DNA of 60,083 bases from an uncultured Candidatus Saccharibacteria bacterium (GCA_964391325.1 CAYMJM010000004.1:1-60083); one strand, 5' to 3'. Counted from the first letter of the stretch, positions 27,645-38,098 are shown. The notes: generated by a model not told the origin, from the sequence alone. Numbers and translations are program-made.

Positions 27645-30545
27645 TTAATTAAATCTTAGGGCCGCACCCAGATTGTATTCCCGTTTGATATCTTCCTCAG
27701 ATAAAGCATACTTAAAAATTTTTATTTCATCTAGGAGTCCAGAATATACTGATTGTCCCCATTGATTATTATGGAATTTTGCTATATACAAAGGCTGGGT
27801 ATTATTATTATCTAATGTCCAAGTCATAGTATTCTGGCTATCGAGTACTCCATCTACATACATCCTATGGTCACTAGATGATATATTCACAAATGTCACT
27901 AAATGCCATTTACCGTCATTAATTTGCTTATCACCATAAAAGTAATGATGTGTATTTGGACTCTCATGCCATCTTTCAAACGCTAACTTACCCGACATAA
28001 TACTAAAATAAAAAGGAAACGATACGATAGCTGTTGGCCGTGATTTACTGATAATAGGTAAAATTCCGCTCTCGGATGTCTTAATCCAGGCTGATAAGGT
28101 AAATTGATCAGATGGCAACCCCATGTTAAATACCTGAGCATGATTGACAGATACATAATCATTACTTCCATCAAAGTCTAGACATCCATTTAACTTACAA
28201 TTATCCCCACTTAACCAGTCTGTCTGCGTATCCATATTCATTAGTGTCCCGTGATGATTATTTCCTGAGTAATCGTGCGCTACCTCTCCTTGCTCCTCAT
28301 CCATCTTCCAGTATCCTATCGGTGCCCCTCCGTTGTATTCTATCGCTACTTCCCGCGCTGTCAATGCCCCTCCATATATCTTGACATTATCTATGCTGCT
28401 ATCTGTATACCTGTTACCTGTAGCATATCCTCCTATATAAGAAGTTGTACTGGGAGCTTGAGCACTCGTTCCTGAATATGTTCCTATTAGCCGTCCATCT
28501 AAATATACACTGGGAATTCCACTGTTATCTATACTCAGCACTATATGATGCCAACCTGTCCCTATCGCAGTATTTGTATCTATCCATCTCACGTTCTCAA
28601 AGAGAACTATTAAATCATTACCTAAATTGTCCATATCATCTGTACCTACTCCTATCCCATACCCATTACCTGACCCTACCTTCACAAACGCTCCTTTCTC
28701 ACTAGTTGAAACAAGATTAACCCATGCACTTATTGATACATTCGCGTTTCCTAAACCATATGTAGAATTTATCACTATATTCTCATCTACACCGTTGAAA
28801 TCTAACGCATTACCTATCTTACCCTTAACTATGTTCTCCTCTGCTGTCATGTTCTGCATGGTTCCGTTCTGGTCCCCCCCTATGCTATCGTATACTGTTG
28901 TACCACTCTTCTTCTCAAAATCATACTGTGCTAGTAAGTTTGAAGGCTTAAGCTCGTTATTTACCTTCAAATCTTCCTTATCGAATGCATACATATCAGC
29001 AATTTCCTGACTGGTCAGTGCCCTACTATATACCCTTAGATCATCCAACTTACCTTTGTAATATATTATATTATCAACATCACTTTGCGTATTTCGGGAA
29101 CGAGCCCCTACTATCATATAATTAGGATTTAGAAGACCATCATTTGTTGAATTAATAGCAGTATTCTCACCATAAAATTTTCCATCTATATATAACTTGA
29201 GAGATTGTGAATCTAGTATCATAACTACAAAATGCCAGACCCCATCTCTGTAAGTGCTGGAAGCATCAATATATCTATGGGTACCATTATAATCTGAAGC
29301 CGAGAAATTGCCATTAGTATTTCTCCATCCAAGCATAGTATGTCCACTACCACATTCATTAGCGTTACACTCTCCAAATTCCAGAATTGGACCGCTTGAC
29401 GTAGCTGTAGTATTAAACCACAGGCTAATTGTATAGTTTGTTCGTGATAGCTTCACAGGACCAGGGCGTATAGATCGGATCTGATCATCAACTCCATCAA
29501 AGCTTATAGCATTCCCCATCACTCCTCCTATCACACTTGGTGATCCCAAAGTAGTACCATGTCTGTTATGAGGACTTGAGTCCAAAACATTTCCAGCACT
29601 ATCATTGTAACTACTCTCGTCAAACATCCAATGTCCCTCCAAATTCTGTATACTTACATTATCACCTGATCCATTGCTAGGCTGGAAAGATCTAAATACT
29701 CGCCATATTTCCTCCGCTGTTGCTGAGTAATTGTAGAATACAACTTCATCTATTATCCCGTTAAACCAATAGCCTGTACTATCTCCTCCTATCACAAATT
29801 CTTCATCGCTGCTTAGATCGCTTATTGCACTTATATTATTATCAACCCCCTTTGCTCCCCCATTTACATATAACGCCAAACTACTATTTATGTCTTTTAC
29901 GCATACTATCCAATGCCATTCACCATTATCATATCTTTCAATACTTATTACATTATCTTCCGGAAACGCTTGACTGTCATCATCTATCCCACATACGACT
30001 TGCCCCGAACTATTCAAGTACAGCACATATCCAGCCGCTCCATTTATCCCGCCTTTTCCTGCTATAATTCTGGTTTCATCTACTTGTTCCTCTGCTTTAA
30101 ACCACACACTTAGCGAGAAACTCCCACCAGCTCCAATATTCAAGGCATCACTCTGCTCTATTCCTATGTAATCATCCGTCCCATCCAACCGTAACCCGTT
30201 TCCGATCTTCCCGTGAACCCAATCCCCTTTTTCTATCACTCCATTCACCACTCCGCTAAAATCATTCATTTCCTCTGCTACTTGGACTCCTTCTTTCTCG
30301 TTTAAATGCCATACTGCCGTCGGCTCAACTTCCCCTGTCTCCGACTTGAGTAAACTTATATTCTCCTTGCCTAGCTCTATCAGTGCGTTTACATCACCCT
30401 TCCTTGAGGTGTTTTCACGACTGTAAACCACTAAAAGCAAAACACTTGCTGCAACAAGCAATAGTATGACCAATCTGATTTTACTTCTAAAAATCCTAGT
30501 TACCTTAAAAATATAGGTCCTTACTTTTTTAAATAAAAATGACAT
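27645..30545 (-). CDS. Secreted/anchored protein with four tandem LamG-like (concanavalin A-like) domains
   Basis: N-terminal hydrophobic segment; four units starting WHLNE / HWMFDE / QYDFEK / YWKMDE, each with G..G.AL.FDG.DD, FT(I/L)S.W, DG.WH and G.(I/L)D(E/D)(V/L)..Y..AL. Confidence 0.92.
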   Translation of the reverse strand: MSFLFKKVRTYIFKVTRIFRSKIRLVILLLVAASVLLLVVYSRENTSRKGDVNALIELGKENISLLKSETGEVEPTAVWHLNEKEGVQVAEEMNDFSGVVNGVIEKGDWVHGKIGNGLRLDGTDDYIGIEQSDALNIGAGGSFSLSVWFKAEEQVDETRIIAGKGGINGAAGYVLYLNSSGQVVCGIDDDSQAFPEDNVISIERYDNGEWHWIVCVKDINSSLALYVNGGAKGVDNNISAISDLSSDEEFVIGGDSTGYWFNGIIDEVVFYNYSATAEEIWRVFRSFQPSNGSGDNVSIQNLEGHWMFDESSYNDSAGNVLDSSPHNRHGTTLGSPSVIGGVMGNAISFDGVDDQIRSIRPGPVKLSRTNYTISLWFNTTATSSGPILEFGECNANECGSGHTMLGWRNTNGNFSASDYNGTHRYIDASSTYRDGVWHFVVMILDSQSLKLYIDGKFYGENTAINSTNDGLLNPNYMIVGARSRNTQSDVDNIIYYKGKLDDLRVYSRALTSQEIADMYAFDKEDLKVNNELKPSNLLAQYDFEKKSGTTVYDSIGGDQNGTMQNMTAEENIVKGKIGNALDFNGVDENIVINSTYGLGNANVSISAWVNLVSTSEKGAFVKVGSGNGYGIGVGTDDMDNLGNDLIVLFENVRWIDTNTAIGTGWHHIVLSIDNSGIPSVYLDGRLIGTYSGTSAQAPSTTSYIGGYATGNRYTDSSIDNVKIYGGALTAREVAIEYNGGAPIGYWKMDEEQGEVAHDYSGNNHHGTLMNMDTQTDWLSGDNCKLNGCLDFDGSNDYVSVNHAQVFNMGLPSDQFTLSAWIKTSESGILPIISKSRPTAIVSFPFYFSIMSGKLAFERWHESPNTHHYFYGDKQINDGKWHLVTFVNISSSDHRMYVDGVLDSQNTMTWTLDNNNTQPLYIAKFHNNQWGQSVYSGLLDEIKIFKYALSEEDIKREYNLGAALRFN

Positions 30546-30708
30546 CTCTGTTATTCTATATAACTTAAAGTAGAAAGTCTAAATATATACAAAGCCTTCA
30601 ATCATATTTAAACACATAGAGAATTACAGTGCAAAAGAAGCTAAAATTACATCATCCCTTGTTACCTAATTGTTACGCCTCCCTTATCTACAACATCAAC
30701 ACTAAAAC

Positions 30709-30717
30709 TGTTATAAT
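30709..30717 (+). promoter_or_regulatory. Extended -10 promoter (TGTTATAAT) of prfA-prmC
   Basis: Perfect TGnTATAAT 31 nt before the ATG. Confidence 0.65.
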
Positions 30718-30748
30718 CCCGTAGCAGCTTTTATATAAGAGTCTAATT

Positions 30749-31819
30749 ATGAAAAATCTGGCAGAAACATCAAAAAATCTAATAAATGAATATGAAATCC
30801 TTGAGAAAAATTTGCAGGATCCCCAAGTCATTGCAAATCCTCAACTGCTGCAACAAATATCACAAAAACATGCAGAATTAATGCCCATGATTGAACAACT
30901 AAAATCGTATGAGAAATACAATAAAGAGTTACAGGAACTAAAATCTCTTATAAAAACTGAGCAAAATAAGGAAATGAGAGCGCTCTACCAGGATGAAGTT
31001 ACAACTCTTGAAACGGTGATGTTAAAGTTAGAAAAAGAGCTAAGAAGCCTTTTAAAAGAATCTGATCCTAACGCCAAAAGAAATGCCATACTCGAAATTC
31101 GGGCAGGAACAGGAGGAGAAGAAGCAGCCCTTTTTGCAGCGGATCTCTTTAGAATGTACATGCGCTTTGCCGAAGCTAATAAATGGCCTGTCCAAATATT
31201 GAACAGTAATCCCACAGGCAATGGTGGATACAAAGAAATTATATTAGGAATACAAGGGCATAATGTCTTCGGTACACTAAAATGGGAAAGTGGCGTACAC
31301 CGAGTACAAAGAATCCCAGCTACAGAAAGTTCTGGAAGGATTCATACCTCCGCAGCTTCAGTAGTGGTACTTCCAGAAGTAGACGATCTTGCCGATATTG
31401 AGATCAAAGAAAACAAGATAAAAGTAGATGTGTACCGAGCAGCTGGCCCTGGAGGACAAAGTGTCAATACAACTGACTCTGCAGTTAGGATTACACACCT
31501 ACCAACCGGGATTGTTGTAACATGTCAGGATGAGAAATCTCAGCATAAGAATAAAGCACGTGCTTTATCCGTTCTGAAAAGTAAGCTTTACCAGTTGGAG
31601 CAGGAGAAGATTACTGAAAGCACTGACAGTCAGAGAAAAGCCGCAATTAAAACCGGAGACAGATCCGCGAAAATTCGAACTTATAACTTTCCCCAAAATA
31701 GAGTTACCGATCACAGAGTAAAGGTAAGCTGGCATAACCTCTCAGAGATACTCTCTGGAAATCTTGAGGAAATAACTTCCGAGACTGCTTCCAAGTTAGA
31801 AGACGAAATTGATATTTAA
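30749..31819 (+). CDS. prfA: Peptide chain release factor 1
   Basis: EIRAGTGGEEAALF, GVHRVQRIPATE (PxT specificity motif), GPGGQSVN, RTYNFPQNRVTDHR. Confidence 0.99.
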   Translation: MKNLAETSKNLINEYEILEKNLQDPQVIANPQLLQQISQKHAELMPMIEQLKSYEKYNKELQELKSLIKTEQNKEMRALYQDEVTTLETVMLKLEKELRSLLKESDPNAKRNAILEIRAGTGGEEAALFAADLFRMYMRFAEANKWPVQILNSNPTGNGGYKEIILGIQGHNVFGTLKWESGVHRVQRIPATESSGRIHTSAASVVVLPEVDDLADIEIKENKIKVDVYRAAGPGGQSVNTTDSAVRITHLPTGIVVTCQDEKSQHKNKARALSVLKSKLYQLEQEKITESTDSQRKAAIKTGDRSAKIRTYNFPQNRVTDHRVKVSWHNLSEILSGNLEEITSETASKLEDEIDI

Positions 31820-31823
31820 TCCC

Positions 31824-32684
31824 ATGCGAATTTCCTCCCTGTTATTGAAAAGCAATCTCCCTCATACACAAGAGCTTCAGTTGCTGGAACATATTACAGG
31901 AAAAAGTAAAAGTTACCTGCTGGCCCACTCTGAGATCAACCTATTAAATAGCCAGCTAAGAGAGTTCAATAAATTACTGTCCCGACTGAAAAATGGAGAG
32001 CCTCTACCCTACGTAATTGGGACAAAGTATTTCTATGAGTCAAAGTTTATTGTTAATAATAAGAACCTCATACCTCGAAATGAAACAGAGCTTCTTGTAG
32101 ATTTAACTATTCAAGAAATCAAAAAGATTGCTAAGGACACAATAAAAATTCTGGAGATTGGTACTGGAACAGGCTGCATTGCAATATCGATTGCGAAATT
32201 TTGTAATGAAAATTTAAAAGATCAAAAAATTGAGATAAATGCGATAGATTCGAATACGGAGAGTACCAATTTAGCGAGAGTCAACGCAAACAATATCTTA
32301 ACAGGCAAGGCAAAAAAATATATCAAATTTCTAACTATAACCCCTCTAAAACTATCTAAAAATACAAAATATGATATTATAGTCTCTAACCCGCCATATA
32401 TCCCCACGAAAGATTACCTAAACTTAAACTCTTCCGTATTCAATTTTGAGCCAAGAGAGGCACTAGATGGAGGCGAAGATGGATTAAAAATCTACAGGGA
32501 AATTTTTCAATATATAGCCAAGCAAAACAATCCACATCCTATCTTATTATTGGAAATTTATGAAAAAAAGGAATTTATAACAAATCTTAGACATACCATC
32601 CAAAATACCTTTCCCAAATCTCAGATATCTATATTAAATGACCTTGCAGGTCGACAACGTTTTTGTAAAATCGTCTATTGTTAA
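31824..32684 (+). CDS. prmC: Release factor glutamine methyltransferase
   Basis: GEPLPYVIG, LIPRNETE, LEIGTGTGCIAI, SNPPYI, EPREALDGG; follows prfA. Confidence 0.96.
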   Translation: MRISSLLLKSNLPHTQELQLLEHITGKSKSYLLAHSEINLLNSQLREFNKLLSRLKNGEPLPYVIGTKYFYESKFIVNNKNLIPRNETELLVDLTIQEIKKIAKDTIKILEIGTGTGCIAISIAKFCNENLKDQKIEINAIDSNTESTNLARVNANNILTGKAKKYIKFLTITPLKLSKNTKYDIIVSNPPYIPTKDYLNLNSSVFNFEPREALDGGEDGLKIYREIFQYIAKQNNPHPILLLEIYEKKEFITNLRHTIQNTFPKSQISILNDLAGRQRFCKIVYC

Positions 32685-33904
32685 CTTTGCCCCCTCGTCC
32701 CTATTTCAACCTCAATTTCTATTCTTTCTTCATTTCGTAGTATATTGAGCTCTACCTCTTCTCCTATTTTAGTTTCTTGGATATATTGAGTTAAAGACTT
32801 ATCCGAGAAGTCAGAGCCATTGTAACCTATGATAAAATCTCCTGCTCTTACTCCCGCCGTAGCAGCAGGGCTTCCGGCCACTACATCAATAATCTGCGCT
32901 GCCACTATTGACTGCCTATCCATAAAAATCATTCTAGTTCTATACTCTACTCCTAAGTATGGCATTCTGAATTCTCCAAATTCTTTTAGCTCTGATAGTC
33001 TATCCTTGATCCTATTTATAGGCAAAGCAAAGGACAAATTATCAGCTCCCCCGACCGTGGCAAAGTTTACTCCTACTACCTGTCCATTAATATTAATAAG
33101 TGGACCACCCGAGTTGCCAGGGTTAATAGCGGCATCTGTCTGGATAACATCCTCAAATGTATCCACAGTGCTATTGAAAAAACCTCCGCTGCTTAATTGT
33201 ACAGTTCTATTAAGCCCGCTAATAATGCCTTTTGTGACTGTTCCTGACAATTCACCTAAAGGATTTCCTATAGCAATAACTGTTTCTCCAACCTGAAGAC
33301 TGGAACTATCACCTAAAGTCAAAGGTCTTATTCTAGAAGGATCTTCGACCTCTAGTATCGCTATATCATTGCCTGTATCTCTATAAATATTTATAACACT
33401 GATGATATCTTGCTCCTCATTGTTAACCTGTACGAAATAATCAACATTCAGACGCGAAACAACATGCTGATTGGTTACTATATAGCCATCATCTATAACG
33501 AAACCAGTACCTAAAATACCTCCTTCAGAAACCATACTGCTTTCAATCCCAATACCAACAACACTGGGTTGCGTTATTTGAACAATAGCAGTTATTCTAT
33601 CTTCAGGGTTATCAGATTCCAGCAGATTCTTGATTTCTTCACTCAGTTCGCCATTATTCTGTTCTATAAGAACGTCTTTTTGGCAATTTGCTTTATCCCA
33701 GATATAAGAGTCTTCGATCACGACATCGCATATCCATTGTTTTGTATACCCAGTCATACTTAAAACACCCAATGCTATCAATAAAGCTAACAATATAACA
33801 AGTATAAAGCTACAACACGCCAAAAAGCCTCTCAGTTTAGATCTACGACGTGGTTGGATATTAGTCTCTGAAGTATTTTGTTCTTCTTCTGTCATAGCAA
33901 GCAT
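32681..33904 (-). CDS. htrA: HtrA/DegP-family serine protease (TM + trypsin + PDZ)
   Basis: GTGF, TNQHV, DIAIL, IQTDAAINPGNSGGPL, C-terminal PDZ. Confidence 0.96.
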   Translation of the reverse strand: MLAMTEEEQNTSETNIQPRRRSKLRGFLACCSFILVILLALLIALGVLSMTGYTKQWICDVVIEDSYIWDKANCQKDVLIEQNNGELSEEIKNLLESDNPEDRITAIVQITQPSVVGIGIESSMVSEGGILGTGFVIDDGYIVTNQHVVSRLNVDYFVQVNNEEQDIISVINIYRDTGNDIAILEVEDPSRIRPLTLGDSSSLQVGETVIAIGNPLGELSGTVTKGIISGLNRTVQLSSGGFFNSTVDTFEDVIQTDAAINPGNSGGPLININGQVVGVNFATVGGADNLSFALPINRIKDRLSELKEFGEFRMPYLGVEYRTRMIFMDRQSIVAAQIIDVVAGSPAATAGVRAGDFIIGYNGSDFSDKSLTQYIQETKIGEEVELNILRNEERIEIEVEIGTRGQS

Positions 33905-33924
33905 TTAAAAAGTAGTTGATTCAT

Positions 33925-33933
33925 ATCGTAGCA
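33925..33933 (-). promoter_or_regulatory. Extended -10 promoter (TGCTACGAT) of htrA
   Basis: TGn-TACGAT about 20 nt before the start. Confidence 0.4.
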
Positions 33934-33966
33934 TAAACGTCAATATCCCCTCAACAGCACGCTATT

Positions 33967-35199
33967 TCAGTCTAACTCTTTCTTAGCTCTATTAAGCTGC
34001 GGATCTTCCCTTGCATTGTAATCCTCAGTAGTTAGCTCAACTTCGATATCGGGATGTATAGGATCTTCTCTGGAAATATTCCGACCACTAGGCAGAACCC
34101 ACTGTTGAAATACTACATGTAAGGTCCCACCATTGGATAGCTGAACAATTCGCTGCTCTACACCTTTTCCAACTGTAGGCATACCAATGACTTCTCCTCT
34201 ATTGTTATCCTGTATAGCTCCGGCAAATATTTCAGAAGCGGAAGCACTGCCCTCATTTATAAGCACCACAAGTTTGTGCTCTTGAAACTCTCCATCTCGG
34301 TTCGTTTTTCTTTCTGTGATATTACCGGTCTTATCCCGCTCAGACATCACTAGTGTACCTTTAGGCAAAAACTCACCTAAGACATATATTACTCCATCAA
34401 CATATCCTCCCGGATTATTCCTAACATCTACAATAACTTTTTCAGGATCTGCAACCTTAACCTGTTGTACTATTCTATCCCATTGGTCATAAAAGGCCTG
34501 TAAGCTATCTTCTGTGAATTGACTGATTTTGATCCTAACAGTTCCATCTCCTATATTTTCATAAGTTATACTATCTAAATCTATTTTCTGCCTTGAAATA
34601 GTAAAATCCAGAAAGCCATTTGCCCCATCCCTTGCTATTTTCAAATTTACTTCGGTGCCTGCTGGTCCTTTTATTACATCAGCCACCTCATAAGCTGTTT
34701 GGCCTTTCATATCTTCTCCATTTACCTCCACAATGACATCTCCCGGTCTTAAACCTGCCGCTTGAGCTGGATATCCTTCAATCGGAGTTTCTATTTCTGT
34801 ATACTCTCCAGTATATCTAAGAGTTGTTCCAATGCCTTCAAACTCACCAGCATTCGCCTGTAAATAATCTTCAGTTTCTGTCTTGGTCAAATATGAGGTA
34901 TACGGATCATCCAGAGACTCTACCAACCCTCTTACCGCTCCATCTATCAGGCTTTGACCGTCAAGACCGTTTTTAATGTAAGTTGATTCTAATTTATTCC
35001 AGACCTCCCAAAGAATATTTACATCAACGTTTTGATAAGTTCCTTTAATATCGCCAGTCAACTTGTAGTCTGCTTGCTGCTGTCTTTGATTTTCCAAATC
35101 AATTTTCCCTAATCTGAAACCAACCAGAAATACCAATACACCCACAATAATTAGAAGAATGTATGAGGCAAAATTTTTTCTGTTATTTGAATTATTCAT
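33967..35199 (-). CDS. ctpA: S41 carboxy-terminal processing protease (PDZ + S41)
   Basis: LDDPYTSYL, GIG, DVRNNPGG, LINEGSASASEIFAGA, TVGKG, DPQL. Confidence 0.96.
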   Translation of the reverse strand: MNNSNNRKNFASYILLIIVGVLVFLVGFRLGKIDLENQRQQQADYKLTGDIKGTYQNVDVNILWEVWNKLESTYIKNGLDGQSLIDGAVRGLVESLDDPYTSYLTKTETEDYLQANAGEFEGIGTTLRYTGEYTEIETPIEGYPAQAAGLRPGDVIVEVNGEDMKGQTAYEVADVIKGPAGTEVNLKIARDGANGFLDFTISRQKIDLDSITYENIGDGTVRIKISQFTEDSLQAFYDQWDRIVQQVKVADPEKVIVDVRNNPGGYVDGVIYVLGEFLPKGTLVMSERDKTGNITERKTNRDGEFQEHKLVVLINEGSASASEIFAGAIQDNNRGEVIGMPTVGKGVEQRIVQLSNGGTLHVVFQQWVLPSGRNISREDPIHPDIEVELTTEDYNAREDPQLNRAKKELD

Positions 35200-35202
35200 T
35201 AT

Positions 35203-36939
35203 CTACAATAAATTTATCAGTTTAACTTTATTAAAATTTGGGGACCTGATTTTCATATCCCCTCCGTCAATGGAAATTATTCTAACATACTCACCCCATC
35301 TTTGATTATCTATAACCCGGATTTTGTTTCCTACTTTATATTTAGAGTCACTAATCGACACAAAATTTTCGAAAAATGTATGAGTATTACTCTTTATTCC
35401 AAGAGTAACTATCTGTTTGTCTCCATCTATAAATAGCGGTTCATTATCCAGAAAATCAAAAACAAATCTACTATTATCGATTTCTATATCTATCCCATCC
35501 AAAATAACTATGCTACAGAACTTATGCCTTCCCTGTCGAATTACCTGCCAAAATAAATTGGTGTCTATGCTTCTGCAAATGATTGTTTCCGCGCCCATTT
35601 GTATAAATTTGCTATATGTCTCTAGATTTAAGTCTGATACGTACTTTATATTTTTATTTAAGTATCCAGCAAAGCTTCTTCCTAGAATCAACCTTGGACG
35701 AAACACCACAGCAGACTTAACTTTAACGCTTTTATAAGTTCTTTCCCTGGAAGGATAAATAAAAATATATCCATCTTTGATATATTTAAATGAAACATAC
35801 CCTTCTTTATGGGCATGATATTCATGAGTATTCAACCCTAGAGTACTTGAAGACTGAGCAAGCACCTGTCCTACTTCAACAAACTCTCCCTCTATGGTCT
35901 GCGGATCTATATTGTCAATATCTTTCTTTCGCAGCTCAATACCATATTTCGCATCCTCTTGAATAGTAAAACTTCCAGGTATATTTACATAGCTCATCAT
36001 AAAATCCTCTCTTGGTAGATAATCAATTTCGTCTATGCTAAGAGGATCCTTGATATCTCCCTTGCCCACCAGAAGATTTCTTATCCTTGCGCCGGTATAG
36101 GAACCTAAATAAGTCTGGCTTTCTTTCAAAGGTACAACGTTAACTTTATTTTCGTCTAGATATACTGTACCTTTCTGACCAACTTGTATTTTAGAGCTAG
36201 AATTCTTTCCTGTATATAAGAAATGAGGCGTAAAAAATGATTTATGTATCATTTTTAGTGTTGAATCTATCGGAGGGTCTGCTAATAAAGCTTCCAAGAT
36301 GGCTGTTTTATCAATGAAGATGGGTTGATTGATATAGCCACGTCTAATTAAAATCTCCAGTAAGGAATTACTGCTATTTGTCCAAACATATTCTCCCTGC
36401 AAAATTATAAGGTCCGTTTGCACTCCTTTTAGCTTGTCCAAAAGCTTGTTGAAAAGGGACTTGACATATAAATCTATATAATCTGGGTTACTCTCTACTA
36501 AAGGGTCAAAAAAATAGTTATTTAAATTGCCATTAAATTTTTCATCAATTTGCAAAAATGTAGACTCGGAACGGATATAGTTTTCCTGTATAACATTGCA
36601 GACCACTCTATCAAAGCTGATATTGATACTCAGTATACACTTTACACCAAACACCTCTGCTAAGATTTCCGCACTAACTCTATTTATCCCAAAATCTCTA
36701 GTTATATGCTCTCTGTGTGTTTTTGGGCTATAGTCTAAGTCTGAAGAAAACAGCAGATAATCCTCAAGTGTGGATTCCAAATAACTACTAAAGTCGGTGG
36801 CATTGAACCTTGAAGTTCTCACAACAGAACAGGAGCCCAATTGTAAAGCTCCTGTTTCGTTCTGCACTAAGTCTGTAAAATTTGAGAAAAACTTTCCTTT
36901 TGCAACAAAAGTCATTGTTTTCTCATTAGGCAGTTTCAC
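35203..36939 (-). CDS. Hypothetical 578-aa protein; possible GlmL-like remnant fused to barrel-sandwich-hybrid and KOW-like domains
   Basis: ORF packed 3 bp after rpsR and 3 bp before ctpA; GEFVEVGQVLA..EGYV (hybrid-motif-like) and VGNKIRVI..WGEYVRI (KOW-like). Confidence 0.6.
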   Translation of the reverse strand: MKLPNEKTMTFVAKGKFFSNFTDLVQNETGALQLGSCSVVRTSRFNATDFSSYLESTLEDYLLFSSDLDYSPKTHREHITRDFGINRVSAEILAEVFGVKCILSINISFDRVVCNVIQENYIRSESTFLQIDEKFNGNLNNYFFDPLVESNPDYIDLYVKSLFNKLLDKLKGVQTDLIILQGEYVWTNSSNSLLEILIRRGYINQPIFIDKTAILEALLADPPIDSTLKMIHKSFFTPHFLYTGKNSSSKIQVGQKGTVYLDENKVNVVPLKESQTYLGSYTGARIRNLLVGKGDIKDPLSIDEIDYLPREDFMMSYVNIPGSFTIQEDAKYGIELRKKDIDNIDPQTIEGEFVEVGQVLAQSSSTLGLNTHEYHAHKEGYVSFKYIKDGYIFIYPSRERTYKSVKVKSAVVFRPRLILGRSFAGYLNKNIKYVSDLNLETYSKFIQMGAETIICRSIDTNLFWQVIRQGRHKFCSIVILDGIDIEIDNSRFVFDFLDNEPLFIDGDKQIVTLGIKSNTHTFFENFVSISDSKYKVGNKIRVIDNQRWGEYVRIISIDGGDMKIRSPNFNKVKLINLL

Positions 36940-36942
36940 TCT

Positions 36943-37194
36943 TTATACATATTCACTAAAAGGTAGTAGAGCCATATACCTAGCTCTCTTAATTTCCCTT
37001 GCCAATTTTCTTTGGCACTTGGGGGATACACCAGTTTTTTCAGGACTTAGTATCCTCCCGCGTGTTGTAATAAACTTTTTCAGCTTATACACATCTTTGT
37101 AAGAAATTTTGCTAGGGTCCTTATCAAAAGGGCAAGATAGGTTCTGTGGCTTACCTTTGTACCTATTATTCTTTTTTTTCTTCTTTCCAGCCAT
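36943..37194 (-). CDS. rpsR: 30S ribosomal protein bS18
   Basis: [46 protein letters not shown]. Confidence 0.98.
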   Translation of the reverse strand: MAGKKKKKNNRYKGKPQNLSCPFDKDPSKISYKDVYKLKKFITTRGRILSPEKTGVSPKCQRKLAREIKRARYMALLPFSEYV

Positions 37195-37224
37195 AATTAA
37201 GTCAGCAAATTTACAATAAATTAA

Positions 37225-37707
37225 TTAAAACAGTTCATCGTCATCATCGTCTTGCTCGTCTTTATCTTCTCCGCTGTCCTCTGAATTTTCTTTTTGATCC
37301 TCTACGTTTTCGTTTTCAGTGTTACTTTCTTCTGCTCTAGCAGCCTCGATTCCGACTCCTTGTTTATCTTTATTATCAAGAAGCTTCATATCATCTATTT
37401 TTACTTCTGTTCTGTAATGCCTTGTTCCATTATCATCGTCCCATACTCTTGTTCTCAGTTCCCCTTCTACATACACCAACATTCCAGTCGCTAAAATTTG
37501 AGCACAGATTTCAGCTAATTTGTTCCAAGCAACAATATTATGAAATTCTGTTCTTTCTTGTAAGTTATTTTCTGAATCCTTCCAAGTGGTGTTGGTTGCA
37601 ATACCAAAGGTACATACAGTAGATCCAGATGATGTTGACTTTAATACAGGATCTCTTGTCAAGTTCCCGATCAACATTACTTTATTTAAAGATCTTGATG
37701 TTGACAT
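37225..37707 (-). CDS. ssb: Single-stranded DNA-binding protein
   Basis: SLNKVMLIGNLTRDP, TEFHNIVAW, VYVEGELRTR; acidic tail ending DDDDDELF. Confidence 0.98.
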   Translation of the reverse strand: MSTSRSLNKVMLIGNLTRDPVLKSTSSGSTVCTFGIATNTTWKDSENNLQERTEFHNIVAWNKLAEICAQILATGMLVYVEGELRTRVWDDDNGTRHYRTEVKIDDMKLLDNKDKQGVGIEAARAEESNTENENVEDQKENSEDSGEDKDEQDDDDDELF

Positions 37708-37740
37708 AACCTTTTATTAATAAATAAACCTAAAAATATT

Positions 37741-38028
37741 TTATATATTATCCCGTTTGATTAAAAGATACCTTAAAACATCACTTTCCAACTTCAGGTC
37801 GTGTTCGAACTCTTTCACTTTATCCGTATCAAGGTTTAGATCTAAAACTACATAATAGCCTTCTTCGTGAGATTTAATTTTGTAAGCTAAATGCCTTTTA
37901 CCCCAAACATCGGTTTCATTGATCTTACCTCCAGCTTGCTTTACTAGTTTCTCAATTTTTTTGAGAACTTTGGATTTAATATCTTCCGGTAAAAGTGGCT
38001 TTATGATAACCATCAATTCATAATTCAT
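37741..38028 (-). CDS. rpsF: 30S ribosomal protein bS6
   Basis: MNYELMVII, WGKRHLAYKI, EGYYV, VLRYL; canonical rpsF-ssb-rpsR order. Confidence 0.97.
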   Translation of the reverse strand: MNYELMVIIKPLLPEDIKSKVLKKIEKLVKQAGGKINETDVWGKRHLAYKIKSHEEGYYVVLDLNLDTDKVKEFEHDLKLESDVLRYLLIKRDNI

Positions 38029-38061
38029 ATCTACCATACAATAAATTAAATAGACTGAGTG

Positions 38062-38090
38062 ATAATAACATAATCAAAAGGTAGCCGCAA
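38062..38090 (-). promoter_or_regulatory. Promoter of rpsF-ssb-rpsR: TTGCGG-N17-TATTAT with TG extension
   Basis: -35 at 38085-38090, TGTTATTAT at 38062-38070. Confidence 0.5.
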
Positions 38091-38098
38091 CTATTGAA

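Noticed and set aside
19505-30545. Prophage, given tail-fibre-like domains
   Set aside because: No terminase, portal, capsid, tape-measure, integrase or lysis genes; the protein has a Sec signal peptide and is flanked by rpmE2 and prfA.
19505-30545. Diversity-generating retroelement targeting the fibre or LamG C-termini
   Set aside because: No reverse transcriptase, and I saw no near-identical TR/VR pair differing at adenines; repeats are diverged at the protein level. A trans-acting DGR elsewhere cannot be excluded.
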